Source: Chthonomonadales bacterium (GTDB lineage Bacteria > Armatimonadota > Chthonomonadetes > Chthonomonadales > CAJBBX01). Taken from it: DNA of 64,000 bases. Shown here piece by piece: positions 1 to 8,387 of this stretch (its first letter is position 1; the number at the start of each line of letters is the position of its first letter). The stretch is from the NCBI GenBank assembly GCA_037443035.1, contig JBBIPC010000003.1, positions 90,951 to 154,950 of the forward strand, written 5' to 3'. Below the pieces are notes generated by a model. It had not been told where the DNA came from. It ran no database searches and saw only the letters and a list, made by a program, of their open reading frames with translations. A program made the translations under genes and the position numbers.

Positions 1-140
1 AAGTTGCTCAGACAGGAGGTCTGTCGAGCCTTCTCGCGGGCCGTGGCAAAGACAGGAAAGAGGATCGCCGCCAGTATGGCGATGATCGCGATGACAACGA
101 GCAGTTCGATGAGGGTGAAACCTCGCGCGCGTGCGCTCAT
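1..140 (-). CDS. Prepilin-type N-terminal cleavage/methylation protein (DUF1559-like), 5' part only; runs off the window
   Basis: Hand translation [57 protein letters not shown] upstream; absent from the ORF track. Confidence 0.9.
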   Translation of the reverse strand, partial: MSARARGFTLIELLVVIAIIAILAAILFPVFATAREKARQTSCLSN

Positions 141-163
141 GAGCTTTGCTCCTTTCTTACCGG

Positions 164-1237
164 TCAAATGGACCGGCTGTTGTCGACGTTGAACTCGCTC
201 TGCGGGGACGCTCCAGAACTTGACCGTACAGTCAGTGAGACGGGCAGCCTGACCTGTGGAACTGGAATCTCTTCACCCCGCATCTGGGCCATGAGAAGTC
301 GTGTGGCCGTCATGCCCATCTCCAGGATGGGCATGTGCACGCTAGTGAGCGGAGGGTCGGTGGTCTCGGCAAGCCACGTGTCGTCAAAACCAACCAGCGC
401 AAGGTCGTCCGGTGCCCGCAACCCAAGCTCCTGCATCCGCTTCAGGACACCAACGGCGCAGAGGTCATTGGCCGCGAACACCGCTGTCGGGCGAACATCC
501 GGCGGGAGGCTCAGGAGCCGGTCGAGACCTCGAACGCCGTCGGACCAGTCGAAACCAGCCTCGACGACAAACCGTTCGTCTACTTTCAGTCCGGCATCAG
601 CCAGGGCATCTTCGTAGCCCGCCCGACGCTGCCGAGACGTCGCGATGTGCGGTGTGCCGACGAGGTGGGCGATGCGGCGATGCCCCAGTTCGATGAGGTG
701 CTGCGTGGCGATCCGCCCACCGTGGTAGTCGTCCGCGTTTACGGAGCATTCGTCTGGCATGGGATCGTGCACGACGGTAACGTAAGGGAACTGCTTGCGA
801 CGGCAGTGCTCCAGGAGAGAAGTGCCCGGGCGCGGGAGAACGATCACCAGGCCGTCCACTCGGGGCGACACGATGCCGCTTTCGACGGGTGTCTTGCCGT
901 CTTCGGCGGCTGCGGTGAAGAGCAGGATGTTCTGCTGTTCGGTGATGGCCTGTTCAACGACACCGGCCATGACGCCGCGGCAGAAGGGATTCTGATCCCC
1001 GAATGCGTGGACATAGGGCAAAACCCCGCCGATGGCGCCGGCCTTCCGAGTCTTGAGCCCGCGCGCAGGGGGGGGGGGGACGTAGCCAAGCTCTCGGGCG
1101 ACGTTCCGGATTCGCTCCCGTGTCTCCCCACTGACCCGCGTGCTGGCCGATACGTTTCCACTCAGGGCCGTGGAGGCCGCTGCAATTGAGACACCGGCGG
1201 CCTTCGCAACGTCCCGTATCGTCACGCCTTTGCGCAC
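164..1237 (-). CDS. LacI-family transcriptional regulator
   Basis: N-terminal [16 protein letters not shown]; sugar-binding domain motifs [27 protein letters not shown]. Confidence 0.95.
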   Translation of the reverse strand: MRKGVTIRDVAKAAGVSIAAASTALSGNVSASTRVSGETRERIRNVARELGYVPPPPARGLKTRKAGAIGGVLPYVHAFGDQNPFCRGVMAGVVEQAITEQQNILLFTAAAEDGKTPVESGIVSPRVDGLVIVLPRPGTSLLEHCRRKQFPYVTVVHDPMPDECSVNADDYHGGRIATQHLIELGHRRIAHLVGTPHIATSRQRRAGYEDALADAGLKVDERFVVEAGFDWSDGVRGLDRLLSLPPDVRPTAVFAANDLCAVGVLKRMQELGLRAPDDLALVGFDDTWLAETTDPPLTSVHMPILEMGMTATRLLMAQMRGEEIPVPQVRLPVSLTVRSSSGASPQSEFNVDNSRSI

Positions 1238-1258
1238 CCGCGCACTCCTGGCGAAATG

Positions 1259-1278
1259 GTGATGAACCGTTTCATCAC
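1259..1278. promoter_or_regulatory. Putative LacI-type operator (autoregulation)
   Basis: Near-perfect palindrome GTGATGAACCGTTTCATCAC with central CG, just downstream of the -10 element. Confidence 0.75.
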
Positions 1279-1285
1279 TGACGCC

Positions 1286-1314
1286 AGTATATCATGATCG
1301 CATTCCACTGTCAA
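1286..1314 (-). promoter_or_regulatory. Sigma70-type promoter of the LacI/pilin-like operon
   Basis: TTGACA-17 nt-TATACT on the minus strand. Confidence 0.85.
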
Positions 1315-1563
1315 GGGCTGTTGGGCGAATCGTTGGATCCGAATGCAGGGAGCTGCTACGAGCAGAGCGGAACGGTTGGGTGAGAGTTCGCGCTATCGCA
1401 CATACAGCGTTCTGCCACACCCGGCTCGTTCACAGCGACAGCCACCTCGACTCTGCGGTCGTTGGAGCACGGACGCTGATACTCGGCGGGAAGGATCTCT
1501 GCCGCCATTAAGCCGGCGACCGGCGCTGTCGCCCTGTGTGGCGATAAGCTGCGTCTGCCCCTC

Positions 1564-3177
1564 TTACTTCGGCTTCTTGTTCTTGGCGAACCACTCCAGC
1601 AGAAGGCGCTTGCGATCGGTCGGGGTGGGGCTTGGCTTTGTGTCGTTGCGGTCTTCGGAGTGCTCAACGCTCCAGCCGCTCCATTCGCGAAATGCGTGGT
1701 AGCTCCAGTCCCAGCCGTGTTCTTCGAAGATCTCGATGAGGTCCTTGAGGTACCGATAGGCGCTGTTGTCAGGGGCCCAGCGTATGGCGCTGAACTCGCC
1801 GATGTAGATATGAACGCCGTATCGCTGCTGGAACTCGACAACGGGCTTCAGTGCGGCATCCAACGCCGCTCTGTCCCACTGCTTCCCCTCGATGAAACCG
1901 GGGTAGCGATACTGCCTCGTGCCGTCGTCATACACTCCCTGGTGGGTAAACGCAGACGGCAGATACATGTGCACGCTGTAGACGACGTTAGGGAGGTCGA
2001 GGGGTTGAAGCTGCTCCAGGCCTGCGGGACTACCCCACGGAGCAGGCTCGACAATGATGGCATGCTGCCTATCCACGCTGCAGATGGCACGCGCTGCCTT
2101 CTCGGCGAGCTCCTGCCAGTCCGCCAGGTCCTCTTCCACCGTCCCTTCCACGGGCTCGTTGGCCAGGTCGTAGCCCCAGACAGCGCGCGAGTTCCGATAC
2201 CTCCTGGCGATGCGCTGCCAGTTCTCGACGAACTTTGCCTGACATGCAGCGTTGTTGAACAAACCCGCGTCGGATCCCGCATAGCCGCCAGATGTCACGC
2301 GACCACCTGGCGGGGAATGGAGATCCACGACGACCTTCAGCCCGTACTTCTCGCAGAGGGGTAAGGCAGCGTCGAGCTTCCTCAGTTCGCCCTCGAGCCA
2401 GCGATCGTACGCCTCGAGATCCAGCGGTTCAGCAGCGTTCTGCGTGCCGCGCCGCACCAGTTGCCATCGGATCAAGTTGGCGTTCCATTCCGTTCCCAGA
2501 ACGCGCAAGCTCTCCGCACTGATGTCCGGGTCCACCATGACACCCCGAAGGCGGGGAAGAGTGTGTCCTTTGTACACACGGCCGCTGTTGCTTCGGGACC
2601 TCACAGGCACAGGGGGCCGCTGTACCTTCACCTGGATATCGTCGAACCACGCCTTACCGCTGACTGCCTCCAGGCCAAGGTAGAGAGTCATCTCCGTGGC
2701 GTCTCGAGGAATGTAGACTGGGAAGCTCACGCGCTGCCATTCGAACGTCCCGACACCCAGCTCCGCCTGGGGCCACTGGCGCCCGCTCTCGGCGACAATG
2801 GCGGCCATGAACTTCACTCCATTCCAAGGCTGCGGCTTCTGGCTTACGTTCTCTGCCCTCACCATACCTGTGAACATGAGCCGGCAGCCTCGCAGTCGCT
2901 CTACGCGGATCGGGATCCATGCCATGGCCGATCCTGCCGCCGAACCCTCGGAGCGGTGCACACTGAGAGACTGCGAACTGCTGTACCCGCGCTCCAAGCG
3001 CAGCGAACCGTTCCATCCCCGCAGCGCATCGGGACCTTCGAAATCGGCCCTGAAGACCACGTCGCCCTTCCTCGGAGAGTTCTGCACGTGGGAATGACAT
3101 AGGGGTGCCATCGCAAGGAGACCTGCCACGAGAAGGCCTGGCCTCCAACCTCTCGCCCAACTACCTACGAACCGCAT
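1564..3177 (-). CDS. Secreted GH5-like glycoside hydrolase with N-terminal carbohydrate-binding-like domain
   Basis: Signal peptide from MRFVG (AGGAGG RBS); clan GH-A motifs VDLH, YDLANEP (acid/base), YSVHMY, IYIGEF (nucleophile). Confidence 0.85.
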   Translation of the reverse strand: MRFVGSWARGWRPGLLVAGLLAMAPLCHSHVQNSPRKGDVVFRADFEGPDALRGWNGSLRLERGYSSSQSLSVHRSEGSAAGSAMAWIPIRVERLRGCRLMFTGMVRAENVSQKPQPWNGVKFMAAIVAESGRQWPQAELGVGTFEWQRVSFPVYIPRDATEMTLYLGLEAVSGKAWFDDIQVKVQRPPVPVRSRSNSGRVYKGHTLPRLRGVMVDPDISAESLRVLGTEWNANLIRWQLVRRGTQNAAEPLDLEAYDRWLEGELRKLDAALPLCEKYGLKVVVDLHSPPGGRVTSGGYAGSDAGLFNNAACQAKFVENWQRIARRYRNSRAVWGYDLANEPVEGTVEEDLADWQELAEKAARAICSVDRQHAIIVEPAPWGSPAGLEQLQPLDLPNVVYSVHMYLPSAFTHQGVYDDGTRQYRYPGFIEGKQWDRAALDAALKPVVEFQQRYGVHIYIGEFSAIRWAPDNSAYRYLKDLIEIFEEHGWDWSYHAFREWSGWSVEHSEDRNDTKPSPTPTDRKRLLLEWFAKNKKPK

Positions 3178-3259
3178 AGATACCCGCCTCCTCTCCCTTC
3201 TGGCGAAGCGCTCTGCTGGGTTAGAGGCCCGACGGAGATAGCTCTTGTGACACAAGCCT

Positions 3260-4408
3260 CTAGTAGACGGCGGCCTCCGTCTGCTTGTCGAACAGGTGGC
3301 TCTTGTCCATGTCGAAGACCACCTCCAGCTCGTCACCTGCACGGGCTCGGGTCTTGCTGTCGATCATGGCGATGAGCTGGTGGCTTCCGGCCGTGAGGTA
3401 CATCTCCACGTCATTGCCTAGCGGCTCCACAACGTCCACTCCCACCTTGACCGTGTTCCCGGCCGTCGGCTTGATGAGACCCTCCAAGTTTCGATCGTAG
3501 ATGTCCTCTGGTCGAATGCCGAAGATGCAATCCTTGCCGACTTCCGATTCGATCCGATCGCCTTTGTCGTGCGGCAGCTCCACCTGAAAGGAGCCTGCGT
3601 CGGCGATGAAACGATCACCGTCCTTCTTGACAGTTACGGGGATCATGTTCATGGCAGGCGAGCCGATGAAGCCAGCGACGAACATGTTCGCGGGATGGTT
3701 GTAGAGGTTGAGAGGCGTATCGCACTGCTGCATGACGCCAGCGTTCAGAACCGCGATGCGGTCGCCCATGGTCATTGCCTCCACCTGATCGTGAGTGACG
3801 TAGATGGTGGTGATGCCCAGGCGACGATGGAGCTTGATCAGCTCGGCACGTGTCTGCACGCGAAGCTTGGCGTCCAGGTTGGAGAGCGGTTCATCCATGA
3901 GGAACACCTTCGGCTCTCGCACGATCGCTCGTCCCAGCGCCACGCGCTGCCGCTGACCACCAGAGAGTTGCTTGGGCTTTCGCTGCAACAGACTTTCCAA
4001 GCCTAGAAGACGCGCTGCCTCGTTGACCCTCCGATCGATTTCCTGCTTGCTGAAGGCACGCCTGGTATTGAACGGCCAGGGCTTTCCGGTGGGAACCCGC
4101 TTGAGCCGCAGACCGAAACTCATATTGTCATAGACGGTCATGTGGGGATACAGCGCGTAGTTCTGAAACACCATGGCGATATCGCGATCCTTGGGCGAAA
4201 CATCGTTCACCACGCGGTCGCCGATGAGTATTTCGCCGGAAGTCGCCTCCTCCAGGCCAGCGATCATCCTCAGAGCCGTCGTCTTGCCGCAACCGGATGG
4301 GCCGACAAGCACCAGGAATTCCTTATCCCTGATTTCCAGCGTCAGCTTATTGACCGCGATGACCTCTTTGAACTCTTTCGTGAGCTCTTTGAGCGTTACG
4401 CTTGCCAT
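3260..4408 (-). CDS. Sugar ABC transporter ATP-binding protein (MalK/MsmK/UgpC family)
   Basis: GPSGCGKT, LSGGQRQR, FLMDEPLSNLD, C-terminal TOBE-like region. Confidence 0.95.
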   Translation of the reverse strand: MASVTLKELTKEFKEVIAVNKLTLEIRDKEFLVLVGPSGCGKTTALRMIAGLEEATSGEILIGDRVVNDVSPKDRDIAMVFQNYALYPHMTVYDNMSFGLRLKRVPTGKPWPFNTRRAFSKQEIDRRVNEAARLLGLESLLQRKPKQLSGGQRQRVALGRAIVREPKVFLMDEPLSNLDAKLRVQTRAELIKLHRRLGITTIYVTHDQVEAMTMGDRIAVLNAGVMQQCDTPLNLYNHPANMFVAGFIGSPAMNMIPVTVKKDGDRFIADAGSFQVELPHDKGDRIESEVGKDCIFGIRPEDIYDRNLEGLIKPTAGNTVKVGVDVVEPLGNDVEMYLTAGSHQLIAMIDSKTRARAGDELEVVFDMDKSHLFDKQTEAAVY

Positions 4409-4496
4409 ATCCTTATGGCCCTCCTTGGCGCCGCCTCTCCCGTTGCGATGATGGGGCCCTCCGCTCGATGAGTCAACCCGACCGCTCGGCCCCCTC

Positions 4497-5615
4497 CTAT
4501 TCTATGTTGTTCAGTTCGGCCTTCAGCAGGTCTATTCCTGCAATGTCCGTGGGATCCACTCCAGCAAGCAATGCTGCGTAGACGGAGACGAAGTCGCCGA
4601 AGTAGAGCAACGATAGCATACGCTCCATCAATGTCGTGCCCTCTGCCCACACCTCGTGTTGTTCAGCCCGATTGCCGATGACCGTTCGGAGGACGTCCAC
4701 ACGCCGCGCAATGCGGGGCGTCGTCTCAGTCTCTGCCGGATCGCGAAGATACACCACCGACCATGCGTAGGACTGCTGTAGTGCCTGATCCCACCCCAGA
4801 ATCTCGTTATGGTTCTGCTCGGGCAGCACATTGGCAAATGCGTGCACCTTGGCGTTCTCGTTGAACTGGCCTTTCCAACGTACCGCTAGCACTCCGCGGT
4901 AGCCCTGCGTACCGTAGAAGATGGGGATCCGCCCATGGAGGGCGACTGCAAGTTGTTTTGCCCGATTCCTTTCGAGGAGCACCTCGCGCCTCCATTGCAG
5001 CGCGCAGGTCTCCAGCAACGGAAGGGCCTGCTCTACTGCCCGGAGGGAACAGGAGGGCTCGAGCTCGGTGCTCGCCGCGACAACGGCAAGCATCGGGATG
5101 AAGAGGTAGCCAGTCGAAGCCCTCGGTGGGCGCCCACCCGGAACTCTGCACACAGGCACGCCATCCCTGGATGCCTTTTCGGCCAGCTTGCCCCCGCTCG
5201 TCACGCACGCTAGCTTGCAGCCTCGCTGACGCGCTTGTTCGTACGCACTGAGCGTTTCCTCCGTATTGCCCGAATAGGAGGACGCTACGACCAGCGTGTC
5301 CGGGCCTGCGAAGCCCGGTAAGTCATAGTCCCTGTTCACCACCACAGGGACATGACCGCCGCTCTCCACCAGCACACGTACGAGATCGCCGCCTATGGCC
5401 GACCCACCCAGACCCGTGATGATGATGTTGGCGGGACGAGCTGCTGGATCCAGGGTGCGGGTGAAGCTCGCAGCAATCGCCAGGGCCTCGCGACACTGCA
5501 CGGGGAACTGCTCGGTCAGACCTAGCATTCCCCTCCCATCCAGGATACGTATGGCATCAAGGTTGTCCAGAATCTGCGGCTGGACAACACGCGGGTTGCT
5601 CGAAATGTGCATCAT
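4497..5615 (-). CDS. Bifunctional phosphoglucose/phosphomannose isomerase (SIS domain)
   Basis: GLGGSAIGG, SYSGNTEET, PPRAS, RWKGQFNENAK, PEQNHNEI. Confidence 0.9.
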   Translation of the reverse strand: MMHISSNPRVVQPQILDNLDAIRILDGRGMLGLTEQFPVQCREALAIAASFTRTLDPAARPANIIITGLGGSAIGGDLVRVLVESGGHVPVVVNRDYDLPGFAGPDTLVVASSYSGNTEETLSAYEQARQRGCKLACVTSGGKLAEKASRDGVPVCRVPGGRPPRASTGYLFIPMLAVVAASTELEPSCSLRAVEQALPLLETCALQWRREVLLERNRAKQLAVALHGRIPIFYGTQGYRGVLAVRWKGQFNENAKVHAFANVLPEQNHNEILGWDQALQQSYAWSVVYLRDPAETETTPRIARRVDVLRTVIGNRAEQHEVWAEGTTLMERMLSLLYFGDFVSVYAALLAGVDPTDIAGIDLLKAELNNIE

Positions 5616-5638
5616 CTATTCCTAGTGACTCGAAGTGC

Positions 5639-5679
5639 GGCCCGGTGCCACGCGCACAACCGGCACATGGCTCCGGGCC
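5639..5679 (-). terminator. GC-rich hairpin downstream of rpsR (no U-tract)
   Basis: GGCCCGG-A-GCCATGTGC...GCGCGTGGC-A-CCGGGCC stem on the minus strand. Confidence 0.4.
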
Positions 5680-5716
5680 TTGGCCCACAGCTGCAATGCC
5701 GGCCAAGCGAAAGGCA

Positions 5717-5971
5717 TCAGCCCTCGGCCACGAAAGACAGAAGCGCCATGTGGCGTGCTCGCTTGATGGCCTCTGCTAGCATCCGCTGGTGTTTGGCACA
5801 GGTTCCTGTGCTCCGACGTGCCACGATCTTGCCACGTTCCGTCTGGTAGCGGCGCAGCTTGGTGGCGTTCTTCCAATCGATCCGCTCGACCTTGTCTACG
5901 CAGAACGCGCAGACCTTGCGTCGAGGTCTCCTCCACTTACCAGGAGTTCGCTTCTTGGCAGGTGCTGTCAT
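5717..5971 (-). CDS. rpsR: 30S ribosomal protein S18 (Zn-ribbon form)
   Basis: [38 protein letters not shown]. Confidence 0.97.
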   Translation of the reverse strand: MTAPAKKRTPGKWRRPRRKVCAFCVDKVERIDWKNATKLRRYQTERGKIVARRSTGTCAKHQRMLAEAIKRARHMALLSFVAEG

Positions 5972-5990
5972 ATCCTATTGTTCCTCTATC

Positions 5991-6437
5991 CTAAATTGCT
6001 GCGAAGGGATCATCCTCGAGGGTGTCTTCGACAGGCTCCTCGACCGCCGGAGTCTGGCTGTGAACGTCCAATTCTGTGTCCGCGGCATCATGAGCCTCCT
6101 CGGCTAAGCCCTCCTTCGGCCTGTCTAGCCCCTGGATGCTATCGACAACCACCTCGGCCGACCAGCGGCGTGTTCCGTCCTGTGCATTCCAGGATCGGAT
6201 CTGGAGGCGTCCCTCGACAGCGATGAGCCGGCCCTTCTTGAGGTAGTTGCGCGCAAAGTCCGCTTGCGTTCCCCATGCAACAAGATCGATGAAATCCGTC
6301 TCGCGCTCGTTGGTCTCCGGATTGCGTCCACGCCGATCCACGGCAATCCGCATTTTCGTCACCGGGTTGCCCTTCTGCGTATAGGATCCATCGGGGTCCC
6401 GGACAAGCCTACCGATGAGGATGACTCTGTTGAGCAT
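5991..6437 (-). CDS. ssb: Single-stranded DNA-binding protein
   Basis: MLNRVILIGRLVRDP, KGRLIAVEGRLQIRSW, acidic tail DDPF; lies between rpsF and rpsR. Confidence 0.97.
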   Translation of the reverse strand: MLNRVILIGRLVRDPDGSYTQKGNPVTKMRIAVDRRGRNPETNERETDFIDLVAWGTQADFARNYLKKGRLIAVEGRLQIRSWNAQDGTRRWSAEVVVDSIQGLDRPKEGLAEEAHDAADTELDVHSQTPAVEEPVEDTLEDDPFAAI

Positions 6438-6492
6438 GGCTCGCTAACTCCTTGCCGCATTGTCGCGGCGACACAGTACGGAGTTTCCCCGT

Positions 6493-6795
6493 TCACTCCT
6501 CGTCGGGGTCTAGCCGCACGATGATGTGGCGGAGGATGCTGTCATGGATCCGCAGCACGCGGTCTAGCTCGGCAGGTACGGTCTGGCCGGCCTCGAACTG
6601 CATGAGAACGTAAGTTCCCTCCCGGCGCCCCTCGATGGGATATGCCAGAGGGCGGCGACCTTGCTCCCACAGCCCAGCTTCCGAAACGACACCGCCCATG
6701 TCCGTTACTACCTGCTTGAAACGCTCGATGATGGGTTCGAGCTCTTCGTCTGGTACATCGGGGTCAACGATGTACATCGCCTCATAGTGGCGCAC
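6493..6795 (-). CDS. rpsF: 30S ribosomal protein S6
   Basis: MRHYEAMYI, GRRPLAYPI, ELDRVLRI, ILRHIIV. Confidence 0.97.
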   Translation of the reverse strand: MRHYEAMYIVDPDVPDEELEPIIERFKQVVTDMGGVVSEAGLWEQGRRPLAYPIEGRREGTYVLMQFEAGQTVPAELDRVLRIHDSILRHIIVRLDPDEE

Positions 6796-6804
6796 GATAC
6801 CGTA

Positions 6805-6849
6805 CTCCTCCCTTCGGTCAGTGGCTCCGGTCTACCCGGAGCAGGAAGT
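6805..6849 (-). ncRNA. S6:S18 ribosomal protein leader (cis-regulatory RNA)
   Basis: Minus strand CUUCCU-GCUCCGG-guaga-CCGGAGC-cacugaCCG-AAGGGAGG: hairpin, unpaired CCG, and an outer stem pairing with the SD, as in known rpsF leaders. Confidence 0.75.
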
Positions 6850-7044
6850 GTCATCAGCCGCATGATGCAGCCGCGCACGCCCCCCGGTGATGCCACGAAC
6901 CCAGGTCATCGCCCAGCGGGACAGCAGAGTATACCCACATTCTGCCAGACAACAAGGACCCAATGCTCCTGTGGCGAATACTCCACTGTACCGCGGCCGC
7001 GGTCGGCATTCGACAGTCCAGAGTCCGTCTGGAGGGCAAGAACC

Positions 7045-8376
7045 ATGAGCCAGACCCGAGGGAGATCGTTGCGAACGCAACCCGTCAGTCGGCGCGAGTT
7101 GATGGCAAGCGCACTAAGGACGACGGCGTCCCTTGCGTTGCCTGCCATCGTGCCGGCTTCGGCGCTGGGCAAGGGAGGCCGCAAACCGCCCAGTGAGCGC
7201 ATCGTCATGGCGTCCATCGGCGTGGGGGGCCAAGGAACCCAGCACGTGGTCGGCGGCATCTGGACGCCCACGGGAGGGCTCGTGGGCCGCGAGGATGTGC
7301 AGTATGTGGCAGCATGTGACGTGAACGCTCGGAACCTGGAGAACGCGCGGCGGCTCGTCAACGAGCGATACGGTAACCAGGACTGCAAGGTGTATCGCGA
7401 TTTCCGCGAACTGCTGGCTCGACCCGACATTGACGCCGTGCTGATCGCCACGGGTGAGCGATGGCACCCGCTCCTGACGGTTGCCGCCGCCAGGGCCGGA
7501 AAGGACGTGTACTGCGAGAAACCACTCTCCGTCACCATTCAGGAGGCCCTGGCGGTACGCGAAGCGGTCAAGCGCTACGGGATCGTCTTCCAGGTCGGCA
7601 CACAGCAGCGTTCCAGCCGCGCTTTCCGTTTCGCATGCGAGCTTGCCAGAAACGGTTACCTCGGCGAGCTCAAGGAGGTGGTCGTAGCGGTCGGTGGACC
7701 GGTTGGGCTGTCGGATTGCCATCTACCGGCCGAGCCTGTCCCGGAATGGCTGGATTACGACATGTGGCTAGGTCCCTGCCCCTGGCGTCCGTTCAACAAC
7801 GCCTATGTCTTCGGCTGGATGGGCTTTCGCGACTTCTCCGGTGGCGAGATGACGAACTGGGGCGCGCACCATTTCGACATCGCCCAATGGGGCATCGGTG
7901 CTGACAGCAGCGGTCCCGTGGAGATCATCCCACCCGATGGCAAGGATGTACGCGTAATAACCTACCGCTATCCCAATGGCGTGGTCATGACTCGCGACCC
8001 CGAACGGATGGCTAGGGAGTCGGGTCAGGGTAACGGAGTCATGTTCATTGGCACGCGTGGCAAGGTGGCCGTGTGGCGGTACGACTTGAGAACCTGGCCG
8101 GAAGGGTTGGCAAAGGTGGTCATTCGTCCCGACGAGGTACGCCTGCATGTGGCGGACAATCACCATACGGACTTCCTCGACGCCGTTCGCTCGCGCGGCA
8201 CTCCTGGTGCAGGGGTGGATGTTGCAGTGCGCTCCATCACCGTGTGTCATCTGGGCAATATCGCCTACGAGCTAGGCCGTCCCATCCACTGGGATCCCGT
8301 CCATGAGCGGTTCGTCAACGATCCAGACGCTAGCCGGCTCTTGGCCCGCCGCATGCGGCCCCCGTGGCGTTTGTAG
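7045..8376 (+). CDS. Tat-exported Gfo/Idh/MocA NAD(P)-dependent oxidoreductase
   Basis: SRRELM twin-arginine signal, IGVGGQG, YCEKP, QVGTQQRS, LDYDMWLGP, NWGAHHFD; GGAGG RBS before 7045. Confidence 0.9.
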   Translation: MSQTRGRSLRTQPVSRRELMASALRTTASLALPAIVPASALGKGGRKPPSERIVMASIGVGGQGTQHVVGGIWTPTGGLVGREDVQYVAACDVNARNLENARRLVNERYGNQDCKVYRDFRELLARPDIDAVLIATGERWHPLLTVAAARAGKDVYCEKPLSVTIQEALAVREAVKRYGIVFQVGTQQRSSRAFRFACELARNGYLGELKEVVVAVGGPVGLSDCHLPAEPVPEWLDYDMWLGPCPWRPFNNAYVFGWMGFRDFSGGEMTNWGAHHFDIAQWGIGADSSGPVEIIPPDGKDVRVITYRYPNGVVMTRDPERMARESGQGNGVMFIGTRGKVAVWRYDLRTWPEGLAKVVIRPDEVRLHVADNHHTDFLDAVRSRGTPGAGVDVAVRSITVCHLGNIAYELGRPIHWDPVHERFVNDPDASRLLARRMRPPWRL

Positions 8377-8387
8377 AGGAGGTGGAG

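Noticed and set aside
6661..7044. N-terminal extension of the oxidoreductase ORF
   Set aside because: It overlaps rpsF and its leader; the RBS and Tat signal support 7045. I trimmed similar over-long starts for GH5, msrB, pyrC, lepB, carB1 and the second M16 gene.
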